A DNA stretch of 64,000 nucleotides, taken from NCBI RefSeq assembly GCF_035638895.1, contig NZ_DASQZC010000559.1:2302-66301 (forward strand). Reading direction: 5' to 3'. Shown in pieces: positions 1-9,867 of the stretch. Made by a program: the position numbers and the translations under genes. Position 1 is the first letter of the stretch. The number at the start of each line of letters is the position of its first letter. Origin of the DNA: Nostoc sp. (GTDB lineage Bacteria > Cyanobacteriota > Cyanobacteriia > Cyanobacteriales > Nostocaceae). The notes under the pieces were generated by a model. That model saw only the letters and a list, made by a program, of their open reading frames with translations, had not been told where the DNA came from and did no database searches.

Positions 1-345
1 AGTAATAGTAGCCAAAGCTGGAACATCGGCTTATACAGCCAAACTATAAAATTTGCAAATTGTTATTCTTTGTAAATTAAATGGCTAATCTATTGACTTT
101 TGGACAAAGGCTTTAAAGTTAAAAGGCAGTTAAGGCAGGAATTCCAGCAATATTTCAGCAAGTTTGAATTATTGTTAAAATATCTCCAACTATCTCCAAC
201 AAAGTACAAGTTAAGACTCTATAATTCAACGAGAAACAACAATCCACATCGGTCTTCATCGCGGCTTCAGCAAAATGGAATTTGCGGTAATGGTTAACTT
301 TGTGGTATTCATGATTCCTCATTCCTTATCTAGAGAGGAGGTCGA

Positions 346-2604
346 ATGACAATAAGTCCTCCGGAGCGAGAGGAAAAAAAGGCAAGAGTAATCGTCGATA
401 ATGACCCAGTTCCAACCTCATTCGAGAAATGGGCGCAACCTGGACACTTCGACAGATCCTTAGCCAGAGGTCCCAAAACCACCGCATGGATTTGGAACCT
501 GCACGCACTCGCCCATGATTTTGATACACATACAAGCGATTTAGAAGATATATCCCGCAAGATATTCTCAGCCCACTTCGGCCACTTAGCCGTAATAATG
601 GTTTGGTTGAGCGGGATGATTTTCCACGGCGCGAAGTTTTCTAACTATGAAGCTTGGTTAAGCGATCCGTTAAACGTTAGACCAAGTGCTCAGGTTGTTT
701 GGCCCATTGTTGGACAAGACATTTTAAACGGTGATGTTGGCGGTGGTTTCCACGGCATTCAAATCACCTCTGGTTTGTTCCAAGTATGGCGTGGCTGGGG
801 TATCACAAACTCCTTCCAGCTTTACGTGACTGCGATCGGTGGCTTGGTATTAGCAGGCTTATTACTATTTGCCGGCTGGTTCCATTACCACAAACGCGCT
901 CCCAAACTGGAATGGTTCCAGAATGTGGAGTCAATGCTGAATCACCACTTGCAAATATTGCTTGGTTGTGGTTCCTTGGGATGGGCAGGTCACATAATCC
1001 ACGTATCCGCACCGACTAACAAGCTTTTGGATGCAGGCGTTGCTCTTAAAGACATACCCTTGCCCCACGAGTTCATCTTGAACAAAGACTTGTTGACCGA
1101 GCTGTATCCCAGCTTTGCTGCTGGTTTAGCACCTTTCTTCACCTTGAACTGGGGTCAGTATGCTGACTTCCTCACCTTCAAGGGCGGTCTAAACCCAGTA
1201 ACAGGCGGCTTGTGGATGACTGATATTGCTCATCACCACTTAGCGATCGCAGTTATCTTTATTATTGCTGGTCACCAGTACCGTACCAACTGGGGTATTG
1301 GTCACAGCATTAAAGAGATCCTGGAAAACCATAAAGGCCCTTTCACCGGTGAAGGTCACAAAGGTCTTTACGAAAACCTGACCACATCGTGGCACGCTCA
1401 GTTGGCTACTAACCTAGCCTTCTTGGGTTCGCTGACCATCATCGTCGCGCATCACATGTACGCGATGCCCCCCTATCCATATTTGGCAACTGATTACGCT
1501 ACACAGTTGTGCATTTTCACCCACCACATGTGGATTGGTGCATTTTGTATAGTCGGCGGTGCGGCTCACGCTGCCATCTTCATGGTGCGGGATTACGATC
1601 CAGTTGTGAACCAAAACAACTTACTGGATCGGGTGCTTCGTCACCGCGATGCGATTATTTCTCACCTTAACTGGGTGTGTATTTTCCTCGGCTTCCATAG
1701 CTTTGGACTTTACATTCACAACGATACAATGCGTGCCTTGGGGCGTCCCCAAGATATGTTCTCTGATACTGCAATTCAATTGCAGCCAGTGTTTGCCCAG
1801 TGGGTACAAAATATCCACACCCTAGCTCCTGGTGGCACTGCTCCCAATGCGCTAGAACCCGTTAGCTATGCTTTCGGCGGTGGGATTTTGGCTGTAGGCG
1901 GTAAAGTTGCGATGATGCCCATTGCTTTGGGTACGGCGGACTTCTTAATCCACCATATTCACGCATTCCAAATCCACGTTACTGTCCTAATTCTGCTCAA
2001 AGGTGTACTGTTTGCCCGTAGCTCTCGTCTGATTCCAGACAAAGCAAACCTGGGCTTCCGCTTCCCCTGCGATGGTCCTGGTCGTGGCGGTACTTGTCAA
2101 GTATCTGGTTGGGATCATGTGTTCCTCGGACTTTTCTGGATGTACAACACAATATCCATTGCAATTTTCCACTTTAGCTGGAAGATGCAATCAGATGTCT
2201 GGGGAACCGTAGATGCAGATGGTGCTGTGACTCACATCACCGGTGGTAACTTTGCCCAAAGCGCCATCACCATCAACGGTTGGTTGCGAGACTTCTTGTG
2301 GGCGCAAGCTACGCAAGTCATCAATTCATACGGCAGTGCGCTATCTGCTTATGGACTAATGTTCTTAGGCGCTCACTTTGTTTGGGCATTCAGCTTGATG
2401 TTCCTGTTCAGTGGTCGCGGCTACTGGCAAGAACTAATTGAGTCCATTGTTTGGGCGCATAACAAACTGAAGGTAGCACCAGCAATTCAGCCTCGCGCTC
2501 TGAGCATTATTCAGGGTCGGGCTGTAGGGGTAGCTCACTACCTCTTAGGAGGAATTGCCACAACTTGGGCGTTCTTCCATGCACACATCCTTTCAGTAGG
2601 GTAG
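346..2604 (+). CDS. psaA: photosystem I P700 chlorophyll a apoprotein A1
   Basis: 752-aa ORF with full-length PsaA-type sequence. It contains the FX iron-sulfur loop [12 protein letters not shown] and lies directly upstream of psaB. Confidence 0.98.
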   Translation: MTISPPEREEKKARVIVDNDPVPTSFEKWAQPGHFDRSLARGPKTTAWIWNLHALAHDFDTHTSDLEDISRKIFSAHFGHLAVIMVWLSGMIFHGAKFSNYEAWLSDPLNVRPSAQVVWPIVGQDILNGDVGGGFHGIQITSGLFQVWRGWGITNSFQLYVTAIGGLVLAGLLLFAGWFHYHKRAPKLEWFQNVESMLNHHLQILLGCGSLGWAGHIIHVSAPTNKLLDAGVALKDIPLPHEFILNKDLLTELYPSFAAGLAPFFTLNWGQYADFLTFKGGLNPVTGGLWMTDIAHHHLAIAVIFIIAGHQYRTNWGIGHSIKEILENHKGPFTGEGHKGLYENLTTSWHAQLATNLAFLGSLTIIVAHHMYAMPPYPYLATDYATQLCIFTHHMWIGAFCIVGGAAHAAIFMVRDYDPVVNQNNLLDRVLRHRDAIISHLNWVCIFLGFHSFGLYIHNDTMRALGRPQDMFSDTAIQLQPVFAQWVQNIHTLAPGGTAPNALEPVSYAFGGGILAVGGKVAMMPIALGTADFLIHHIHAFQIHVTVLILLKGVLFARSSRLIPDKANLGFRFPCDGPGRGGTCQVSGWDHVFLGLFWMYNTISIAIFHFSWKMQSDVWGTVDADGAVTHITGGNFAQSAITINGWLRDFLWAQATQVINSYGSALSAYGLMFLGAHFVWAFSLMFLFSGRGYWQELIESIVWAHNKLKVAPAIQPRALSIIQGRAVGVAHYLLGGIATTWAFFHAHILSVG

Positions 2605-2620
2605 CAATCAGCTTTCTACA

Positions 2621-2754
2621 AGTTAGGAGTTAAAAGTTAGGAGTTAGGAATGAAGTTAAGAGTTAGGAGTTAGGAGTTAGAAATAAAAATTTAAAACTCA
2701 TAACTGACAACTCATAATTCTCAACTCATAACTCACAACTCATAACTCCTAACT
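2621..2754. repeat. Opposed heptamer (STRR-like) arrays in the psaA-psaB spacer
   Basis: (AGTTAGG)n-like array at 2621-2680, an A/T loop, then an (AACTCAT/ACTCCTA)n-like array at 2696-2754. The arms are near-complementary, with about one mismatch per heptamer. Coordinates are approximate. Confidence 0.85.
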
Positions 2755-2802
2755 ATCCCAGCTGGTACTTGATGGCTAAAGGTCAGAGGATTTATTAAAC
2801 CT

Positions 2803-5034
2803 ATGGCGACGAAATTTCCAAAATTTAGCCAGGATCTCGCACAGGACCCGACGACTCGTCGGATATGGTATGCGATCGCTACAGGCAACGATTTTGAAAC
2901 CCATGATGGCATGACGGAAGAAAATCTTTACCAAAAGATTTTCGCAACTCACTTCGGTCACTTGGCAATCATCTTCCTGTGGGCATCCAGCCTCCTGTTC
3001 CACGTAGCCTGGCAAGGTAACTTTGAACAGTGGATTAAAGATCCCCTTCACATCCGTCCCATCGCCCACGCGATTTGGGACCCCCACTTTGGTAAACCAG
3101 CGATCGAAGCTTTTACCCAAGCTGGCGCTAGTAATCCGGTAAATATTGCTTACTCTGGTGTTTACCACTGGTGGTACACCATCGGTATGCGGACAAACAG
3201 TGAACTGTACACTGGTTCAGTTGGTCTGTTGTTGTTGGCAGCATTGTTCTTATTCGCTGGCTGGCTGCACTTGCAACCCAAGTACCGTCCTAGCTTGGCC
3301 TGGTTTAAGAGCGCTGAACCCCGCCTAAACCACCACTTAGCAGGTTTGTTTGGTGTTAGTTCTTTGGCTTGGGCTGGTCACTTAATTCACGTTGCTATCC
3401 CCGAAGCTCGCGGACAGCACGTAGGTTGGGATAACTTCCTATCCACCCCACCCCACCCAGCAGGTTTGGCACCTTTCTTCACCGGTAATTGGGGCGTTTA
3501 CGCTCAAAACCCTGACACTCCTGGGCATATATTCAGCACATCGCAAGGTGCAGGGACTGCAATTCTGACTTTCTTGGGTGGTTTCCATCCCCAGACAGAA
3601 GCTTTGTGGCTGACTGACATAGCTCATCACCACTTAGCGATCGCAGTTATCTTTATAATTGCCGGTCACCAGTACCGGACTAACTTCGGAATTGGTCACA
3701 GCATCAAAGAAATGCTGAACTCCAAATCCGGTTTAGTACCTGGTACAAAGAGTGAAGGTCAGTTCAACCTACCTCACCAAGGGTTGTACGACACCTATAA
3801 CAACTCACTGCACTTCCAGTTAGGTATTCACCTAGCTGCTCTGGGAACCGTCACCTCTTTGGTGGCACAGCATATGTACGCCATGCCTCCTTATGCATTT
3901 ATTGCTAAGGACTACACAACGCAGGCAGCGCTGTACACTCACCATCAATATATTGCTGGTTTCTTGATACTAGGTGCTTTTGCTCACGGAGCTATATTTT
4001 GGGTACGTGATTACGACCCAGAACAAAACAAGGGCAACGTCCTTGAGCGTGTATTACAGCACAAAGAAGCGATTATTTCCCACCTTAGCTGGGTATCTCT
4101 TTTCTTAGGCTTCCACACCCTCAGCTTGTACGTCCACAACGATGTAGTGGTTGCTTTCGGTACTCCTGAAAAGCAAATCCTGATTGAGCCAGTGTTTGCC
4201 CAGTTCGTCCAAGCTGCTCATGGTAAAGTACTGTACGGCTTAGACACCTTGCTGTCTAACCCAGATAGCATTGCCCATACAGCATGGCCCAACTACGCTA
4301 ACGTCTGGTTACCAGGCTGGTTAGATGCCATCAATGCTGGTACTAACTCCCTGTTCTTGACAATTGGCCCTGGCGACTTCTTGGTACACCATGCGATCGC
4401 TTTAGGTCTGCACACCACCACCTTGATTTTGGTCAAAGGTGCTTTGGATGCCCGTGGTTCTAAGCTGATGCCCGATAAAAAGGACTTCGGCTATGCCTTC
4501 CCTTGCGACGGCCCCGGTCGTGGCGGTACTTGCGACATCTCAGCTTGGGATTCCTTCTACCTCGCTACATTCTGGATGCTCAATACCCTTGGTTGGGTTA
4601 CCTTCTACTGGCATTGGAAACATCTAGGTATTTGGCAAGGCAACGTAGCTCAGTTCAATGAGAACTCTACATATCTCATGGGCTGGTTCCGCGATTACCT
4701 CTGGGCTAACTCTGCTCAGTTGATTAACGGTTACAACCCCTACGGCGTGAATAACTTGTCTGTCTGGGCTTGGATGTTCTTGTTTGGACACCTAGTTTGG
4801 GCTACTGGCTTCATGTTCTTAATCTCCTGGAGAGGTTACTGGCAAGAGTTGATTGAAACCCTTGTTTGGGCACACGAACGCACTCCTCTAGCTAACCTAG
4901 TTCGCTGGAAAGATAAGCCCGTGGCTCTGTCAATTGTTCAAGGTCGTGTAGTTGGTCTAGCTCACTTCACTGTTGGCTATGTCTTGACTTACGCTGCATT
5001 CTTGATTGCTTCTACTGCTGGTAAGTTCGGTTAA
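2803..5034 (+). CDS. psaB: photosystem I P700 chlorophyll a apoprotein A2
   Basis: 743-aa ORF with PsaB-type sequence and the FX loop [12 protein letters not shown]. The psaA-psaB order is the canonical one. Confidence 0.98.
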   Translation: MATKFPKFSQDLAQDPTTRRIWYAIATGNDFETHDGMTEENLYQKIFATHFGHLAIIFLWASSLLFHVAWQGNFEQWIKDPLHIRPIAHAIWDPHFGKPAIEAFTQAGASNPVNIAYSGVYHWWYTIGMRTNSELYTGSVGLLLLAALFLFAGWLHLQPKYRPSLAWFKSAEPRLNHHLAGLFGVSSLAWAGHLIHVAIPEARGQHVGWDNFLSTPPHPAGLAPFFTGNWGVYAQNPDTPGHIFSTSQGAGTAILTFLGGFHPQTEALWLTDIAHHHLAIAVIFIIAGHQYRTNFGIGHSIKEMLNSKSGLVPGTKSEGQFNLPHQGLYDTYNNSLHFQLGIHLAALGTVTSLVAQHMYAMPPYAFIAKDYTTQAALYTHHQYIAGFLILGAFAHGAIFWVRDYDPEQNKGNVLERVLQHKEAIISHLSWVSLFLGFHTLSLYVHNDVVVAFGTPEKQILIEPVFAQFVQAAHGKVLYGLDTLLSNPDSIAHTAWPNYANVWLPGWLDAINAGTNSLFLTIGPGDFLVHHAIALGLHTTTLILVKGALDARGSKLMPDKKDFGYAFPCDGPGRGGTCDISAWDSFYLATFWMLNTLGWVTFYWHWKHLGIWQGNVAQFNENSTYLMGWFRDYLWANSAQLINGYNPYGVNNLSVWAWMFLFGHLVWATGFMFLISWRGYWQELIETLVWAHERTPLANLVRWKDKPVALSIVQGRVVGLAHFTVGYVLTYAAFLIASTAGKFG

Positions 5035-5063
5035 TTAGGCTGCTAGTTTTGTAGATAAGTAAT

Positions 5064-5098
5064 AAAAATCCCCTGCCGCAAGGTGGGGGATTTTTTTT
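5064..5098 (+). terminator. Intrinsic terminator after psaB
   Basis: Stem AAAAATCCCC / GGGGATTTTT around a 12-nt loop, running into a T8 tract about 30 nt after the psaB stop. Confidence 0.8.
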
Positions 5099-5131
5099 GG
5101 GTTTTAGGTGGGGAGGATGGGAAAAATAAAG

Positions 5132-5721
5132 AAGGGGCAGGCAAGATGCCCACCCCACAAGAAAAGTTATAGAAAAATTACAAATAGTATCCTGAATGCA
5201 AGAGCCAAAGTTGAAAATTTTTTGGAGAAAATTACCTCATTGGGAGTTAGATGGGGCGGTTTATTTTATTACCTTTAATACTTGGCAAAAGTTAGAACTT
5301 ACTCTAGAAGCTAGAGAAATAGTTTTTAATTCCTGCTTGTTTTTTGATAAAAACAGATATCAAATATTTGTTTTTGTAGTTATGACAAATCATGTGCATC
5401 TGCTCATTCAGCCTTTACTCAAATCGGGAAATGAGTTTTGGTCATTGAGTAGCATTATGAAAAGTATTAAAGGTTATAGTGCTAAACAAATTCCAAAAGT
5501 TATGCAACATATAGTAACAGTTTGGCAAGATGAAAGATATGATCGGATTGTTAGGAATGACCAAGAGTTTCAACAATATTGGGAATATATCAGACAAAAT
5601 CCTGTGAAAGCAGGACTATCATCAAGTCCAGAAAATTACCCCTTCTTTTGGCAACTCCCTGAATAATCTCACTCATCACATTTTCTCTTCTCTTGTGGAG
5701 TGGGCATCTTGCCCGCCCCTT
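5132..5721 (+). mobile_element. REPtron-like unit: RAYT gene bracketed by inverted REP copies
   Basis: The 30-nt AAGGGGCAGGCAAGATGCCCACCCCACAAG (5132-5161) recurs as its reverse complement at 5692-5721. By hand count 28 of 30 positions match. The two copies flank the Y1-transposase ORF. Confidence 0.8.
5196..5666 (+). CDS. REP-associated tyrosine transposase (IS200/IS605-like Y1 transposase, RAYT)
   Basis: 156 aa with the HUH motif (NHVHLLIQP) and a C-terminal Tyr motif region (ERYDRIV...YIRQNPVKAGL). Flanked by inverted REPs. Confidence 0.85.
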   Translation: MQEPKLKIFWRKLPHWELDGAVYFITFNTWQKLELTLEAREIVFNSCLFFDKNRYQIFVFVVMTNHVHLLIQPLLKSGNEFWSLSSIMKSIKGYSAKQIPKVMQHIVTVWQDERYDRIVRNDQEFQQYWEYIRQNPVKAGLSSSPENYPFFWQLPE

Positions 5722-5751
5722 TTGTAGCCTTAAATACCAGTCTATAATTGA

Positions 5752-6060
5752 CTATTGAATCAATTTAATTTTCTCTATTGCCTCTAAATATTTTTTTGTA
5801 TCGCCTTCTTGTAAATAAAGGTTAGCAGCTTGCTGCCAATCTTTAATTGCACCTTGATTATCTCCTAAGTCATAGCGAACCCAAGCTCGATTATTGTAGG
5901 TACTAGCTTTTTTTGCGTTTAACTGAATCGCTTTATTATAGTCTTGTTAAGCTAAAGAATATTTAGACTTGTGATTATCTAAGTTGCTTGTCATATAAAT
6001 CACACCGATTTCTTGATTGAATAGAATTTTTTCTGAGGGTAAAAATTTTTTGTAGCATTG
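5752..6060 (-). pseudogene. TPR-repeat protein remnant with an in-frame stop
   Basis: The minus-strand frame reads ...NQEIGVIYMTSNLDNHKSKYSLA(stop, TAA at 5947-5949)QDYNKAIQLNAKKASTYNNRAWVRYDLGDNQGAIKDWQQAANLYLQEGD... and ends at 5752. The pattern is TPR-like, but there is no intact ORF of 60 aa or more. The upstream limit is approximate. Confidence 0.5.
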
Positions 6061-6169
6061 TCGGTATTATACTAATGTGATGTACCAAATTTTTGATATT
6101 ATGCTGATATAAATACTGGCTACCCCTGACTTGACATTACATGCCGGATAATCTTGATGCTTTTGTGGG

Positions 6170-6224
6170 GTGGGCATCCTGCACGCCCATAACCAAGGGC
6201 GGGCGAGACGCCCACCCCACAAGA
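6170..6224. repeat. REP doublet (inverted pair of the same REP family)
   Basis: CTTTTGTGGGGTGGGCATCCTGCACGCCC ... GGGCGGGCGAGACGCCCACCCCACAAG. Both halves resemble the REPs flanking the RAYT and together form a long hairpin. Confidence 0.8.
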
Positions 6225-6283
6225 GATTATTGGATACTATTTGTGATTTGGAAGTCCCCAAAGCCGGAATAATTTTATAACTC

Positions 6284-7171
6284 TTGAACTTACAACAAAT
6301 AAATTTAAAATCATATTACACCCAAAATCACGGCGCAATATATCTAGGTGATAGCCTAGAACTAATTAAGTCTATTGAAAACAACAGTATTAATCTCATC
6401 CTCACCTCACCTCCATTTGCTCTGACACGAAAAAAAGAATACGGTAACGAAACTGCGGAAAAATATATTGAGTGGTTTCTACCTTTTGCCTATGAATTTA
6501 AAAGAGTACTGGCAGATAATGGCTCATTCGTACTAGATTTAGGTGGTGCTTACCTACCTGGTAATCCCGTGCGGAGTATCTACCAATATGAACTTTTAGT
6601 CAGATTATGCAAAGAAGCAGGTTTCTTTCTTGCTCAAGAATTTTACCACTATAATCCGGCTCGACTGCCAACCCCTGCTGAGTGGGTAACAATCAAGCGG
6701 ATTCGTGTGAAAGATTCTGTAAATACAGTTTGGTGGTTGTCTAAGACACCGAATCCTAAAGCAGATAACAGAAAAGTTTTAAAGCCCTATAGCCAAAGTA
6801 TGAAACAATTACTTAAAAATGGCTATAAGGCTAAAATACGTCCTAGTGGACATGATATTTCAAATAAATTCCAAAAAGATAACCAAGGTGCAATTCCACC
6901 AAATCTACTAGAAATTGCTAATACTGAATCGAATAGTGCTTATTTACGACGCTGTAAATCAGCAGAAATTAGACCCCATCCAGCACGTTTTCCTCAAGGG
7001 TTCGCCGAGTTCTTCATCAAATTCTTAACTGATGAAGGTGATATGGTTTTAGATCCATTTGCAGGTTCTAACACAAGCGGGTTTGTCGCTGAAACTCTGC
7101 AACGCCGATGGATATCTTTTGAAATTAACGAGGATTATGTAATGGGAAGCCGTTATCGTTTTACTCAATAA
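6284..7171 (+). CDS. DNA methyltransferase, beta-class N4-cytosine/N6-adenine type (SPPF motif)
   Basis: 295 aa. Motif IV (TSPPFAL) is near the N-terminus and the AdoMet motif I (VLDPFAGSNTSG) near the C-terminus, which is the beta-class order. The apparent start codon is TTG. No adjacent intact endonuclease ORF. Confidence 0.85.
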   Translation: MNLQQINLKSYYTQNHGAIYLGDSLELIKSIENNSINLILTSPPFALTRKKEYGNETAEKYIEWFLPFAYEFKRVLADNGSFVLDLGGAYLPGNPVRSIYQYELLVRLCKEAGFFLAQEFYHYNPARLPTPAEWVTIKRIRVKDSVNTVWWLSKTPNPKADNRKVLKPYSQSMKQLLKNGYKAKIRPSGHDISNKFQKDNQGAIPPNLLEIANTESNSAYLRRCKSAEIRPHPARFPQGFAEFFIKFLTDEGDMVLDPFAGSNTSGFVAETLQRRWISFEINEDYVMGSRYRFTQ

Positions 7172-7226
7172 AGATATTAAGTAAATATTCAGGACTAAGC
7201 AGTTAAAATCTATAACTCATAACTAC

Positions 7227-7439
7227 TTAAATTTCTCCATTCACTTGCATTTGATGAACTTGATCTGCTAACTCTTGACGACCTTGATCATCTAGTTTGT
7301 CAATTGCTAACATCCCCATGAGGATAACTTCTTTCAGGGTCAAACGTGTCGAATGTGCTTGTTTTTGCACAATCTCTTTAATAATGGGACTCACACCAAT
7401 CGCTGTACTAGCTCTAGCCACGGAATAAAAGGAAAACAC
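7227..7439 (-). CDS. hypothetical small protein
   Basis: 70-codon ORF with a GTG start, convergent with the methyltransferase. The composition looks coding, but I recognise no motif. Confidence 0.35.
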   Translation of the reverse strand: MFSFYSVARASTAIGVSPIIKEIVQKQAHSTRLTLKEVILMGMLAIDKLDDQGRQELADQVHQMQVNGEI

Positions 7440-8357
7440 TAATGATTAAGCCTAAATCTTAGCACCTCCCATGAAGTTATTTTGTCTAGTTAAAACTTAA
7501 TTTAAATGTGTTTCAACTCATACTTCAATAAGTAAACATTAATTTTAAATTAGGTATATACAGAATAACCTTCTAAGTGCAGGGCACTATCCTAGAACTG
7601 GACAATTTATATCAAAACCCCAATTATCGCACCAAAGGTAAGAGGCTACTTTTGCATGAAAATAAACTTAACTTTTATTATCTCAGAATAACGGGTATAG
7701 TGTCTAACAGTGCTATAAATAGCTCTAGAGTTGTTCCAAAGCTTTTTGATTGAGGGTGTACGGGCATAACTTCTAACTGTGCTGTAAATTACCTAAAATG
7801 GTCAGAAACTTCTTTAAGTGTCGTTCCTTGTCTGATCCTAGTTACGAATCTTTAATCTAACTAATTCCATATTTGAGAACTGACGCATTTGCAACGCTCA
7901 ATTTTATTTGAGAAATTAAAAAGCTATCCCCCTAGTTCTAGTAAAGTCTAATGCGATCGCCATAATTGACTGACATTTTAAACCTGAAATCAAATGGTTA
8001 TTTATTATGTTAGCAACGGCAAAAGCCAAAACCTCTGTCCTGAGATACTCAAAAATAACCTGCTAATTGCTGAGTTTGTACACACTTGCAATATTTGTGG
8101 CAACTGAGTTATAAAAAATAGTCGGTTTGTGAAAATAGGGTTTTCAGTACAACTATCCTTACAAATAAAATTTGTATACCACCGGGAAAACCGTAATTTA
8201 AAGAGATCATGAATTCTCAAATATAATCTCGTTAACAGGCTTTACAGAACTATACAGTTTAAATAAGAATAATAACTTAACCGAAGTAAAATTTTCCTGA
8301 ATACAGGCAACTAATGCTGTGAGATGGAAAAGCAGTGAGTAGAGGAGAGACAAAGCG

Positions 8358-9413
8358 ATGAGGGAACCTTATCTGTTGGCAGCAGGCTTGTTAACAGTAT
8401 TAGCAATACCAGCATTGGCTCTTCCACATTTGTCGATTATCTTGCCAGAAAATTCTAGATCCCTGTGGGATTTAAAACAGAGTTCGCAAGCAATAGTCAG
8501 TACAAAAATTATCAATAGCGTTGATATCTCTTTACCAGAACTCAGCGGCCAAGCGTTCCAACCCTTAAAAAGTTTGCAGCCAACAGCAGGTGAGAAAAAC
8601 ATTAAGAGCTTACCAGAAGTCAGTAGTCAGGAATTACCAGCTCCAACAGAGTCATCACTCAACCCCAGTCCCCAAGCAACTGGTCTCTCATTGACATCTG
8701 GGAATCAACTTTACTACCAAAGATTGGCGGCTCTGAAAACAGGTCAAATTTATACGCGCGTAGAAAGTGATAATTTGCAATCATTGTGGGAGTCGATCAA
8801 GAAACGTCAATTAACTTATGATGACTGGAAAAGTTTATTAGCTTCAGAAGCTAGAGCGATCGCTCTAGGTCAAGGTGCAAATCATCTAAGTATTTTAGTT
8901 GGTGATTCTTTGAGCATGTGGTTTCCGAGAGAAAAACTGCCTGCTGGAAAATTATGGCTGAATCAAGGCATATCTGGAGATACTTCTAGTGGTGTTTTAA
9001 AAAGATTGGGGGCATTTTCGGCAACGCGACCCGATGTGATTTACGTCATGGCTGGGATTAACGACTTACGAAAAGGTTCTAGTGATGGCATAATTTTGCG
9101 TAATTATCGCCGAATAATCCGTCGCTTACGGCAGACTCACCCAAAAGCTCAAATCATTGTCCAATCAATTTTGCCTACTCGCCTAGCAAAACTTTCTAAT
9201 AGCCGCATTCGTCACATCAATACACAACTAACTCAGATTGTCAAACAAGAAGGCGCTAATTATCTAAATATTTATAGCTGGTTTACGGATATGGAAGGCA
9301 ATTTGCGCCCAGAGTTGACCACAGATGGGTTGCACCTGTCTCAAGAGGGTTATGATGTGTGGCGATTGGCACTACAGCAGATAGAATACAAGCTAACTCA
9401 GCGTGAGAAATAA
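8358..9413 (+). CDS. SGNH/GDSL-family hydrolase with N-terminal signal and low-complexity region
   Basis: 351 aa with GDSLSMW (block I), GINDL (block III) and DGLHLS (block V). The N-terminus is hydrophobic. Confidence 0.8.
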   Translation: MREPYLLAAGLLTVLAIPALALPHLSIILPENSRSLWDLKQSSQAIVSTKIINSVDISLPELSGQAFQPLKSLQPTAGEKNIKSLPEVSSQELPAPTESSLNPSPQATGLSLTSGNQLYYQRLAALKTGQIYTRVESDNLQSLWESIKKRQLTYDDWKSLLASEARAIALGQGANHLSILVGDSLSMWFPREKLPAGKLWLNQGISGDTSSGVLKRLGAFSATRPDVIYVMAGINDLRKGSSDGIILRNYRRIIRRLRQTHPKAQIIVQSILPTRLAKLSNSRIRHINTQLTQIVKQEGANYLNIYSWFTDMEGNLRPELTTDGLHLSQEGYDVWRLALQQIEYKLTQREK

Positions 9414-9437
9414 GCGATCGCCTGGCGAAAACTTAAA

Positions 9438-9465
9438 GCGATGTCTACGATGGGCTGCGCCTACG
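9438..9465. repeat. Dispersed about-28-bp repeat (GCGATGCCTACGGCGGGCTGCGCCTACG family), copy 1
   Basis: GCGATGTCTACGATGGGCTGCGCCTACG. It covers the first ATG of the next ORF. Confidence 0.75.
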
Positions 9466-9842
9466 TAATTTTTAGATTTATGGAAGTTACTGATAACGAT
9501 GCCATCACCATACGTTCTCTAATTGAACACCAATTGGCAGCCTTTCAAAAGGATGATGCCCAAGGCGCTTTTGACGGAGCTAGTCCGGCAATTCAAAAGC
9601 AATTTAGAACCCCAGAATATTTTATCCAGATGGTAAAAATAAGCTACCCAGCAGTATACCGTCCTCGTTCTGTCTTTTTTGAGAAGATAACAACTATCCA
9701 GGGAAACATAACTCAGCCAGTGCTAATACTAGCTCCTGATGGAGTTCCCTTGAGGGCTTTATATTTTATGGAAAAACAGCCAGATAATACCTGGAGGATT
9801 AACGGTTGCTTTTTAGTTTCCGTAAAAAGTAAAGAAGTATAA
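9441..9842 (+). CDS. DUF4864-like small protein
   Basis: 133-aa ORF. The family assignment is from recall of the ...HQLAAFQKDDAQGAFDGASPAIQKQF... pattern. The true start is more likely the in-frame ATG at 9480, because the first 39 nt are the dispersed repeat. Confidence 0.6.
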   Translation: MSTMGCAYVIFRFMEVTDNDAITIRSLIEHQLAAFQKDDAQGAFDGASPAIQKQFRTPEYFIQMVKISYPAVYRPRSVFFEKITTIQGNITQPVLILAPDGVPLRALYFMEKQPDNTWRINGCFLVSVKSKEV

Positions 9843-9867
9843 ATTATATCTTCATACAACCAAAATA

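Noticed and set aside
100-297. 65-aa ORF upstream of psaA
   Set aside because: It lies in the psaA promoter/5' UTR region, has low-complexity K/Q/R-rich composition, no ribosome-binding site and no recognisable family.
326-5034. Many 60-130-aa ORFs inside or antisense to psaA and psaB (for example 326..535, 786..1019, 1414..1614, 2776..3168, 3439..3633)
   Set aside because: All lie within the two unmistakable PSI core genes, in other frames or on the opposite strand. They have no motifs and are the usual shadow ORFs of long, biased coding regions.
6067-6261. 64-aa minus-strand ORF
   Set aside because: Its frame runs straight through the REP doublet (6170-6224). The translation (WGGRLARPWLWACRMPTPQ) is just the palindromic repeat read as protein.
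8005-8220. 71-aa minus-strand ORF in the region upstream of the GDSL gene
   Set aside because: It has no motif and a poor start context, and it lies in the repeat-containing ORF-free stretch. Evidence is insufficient.
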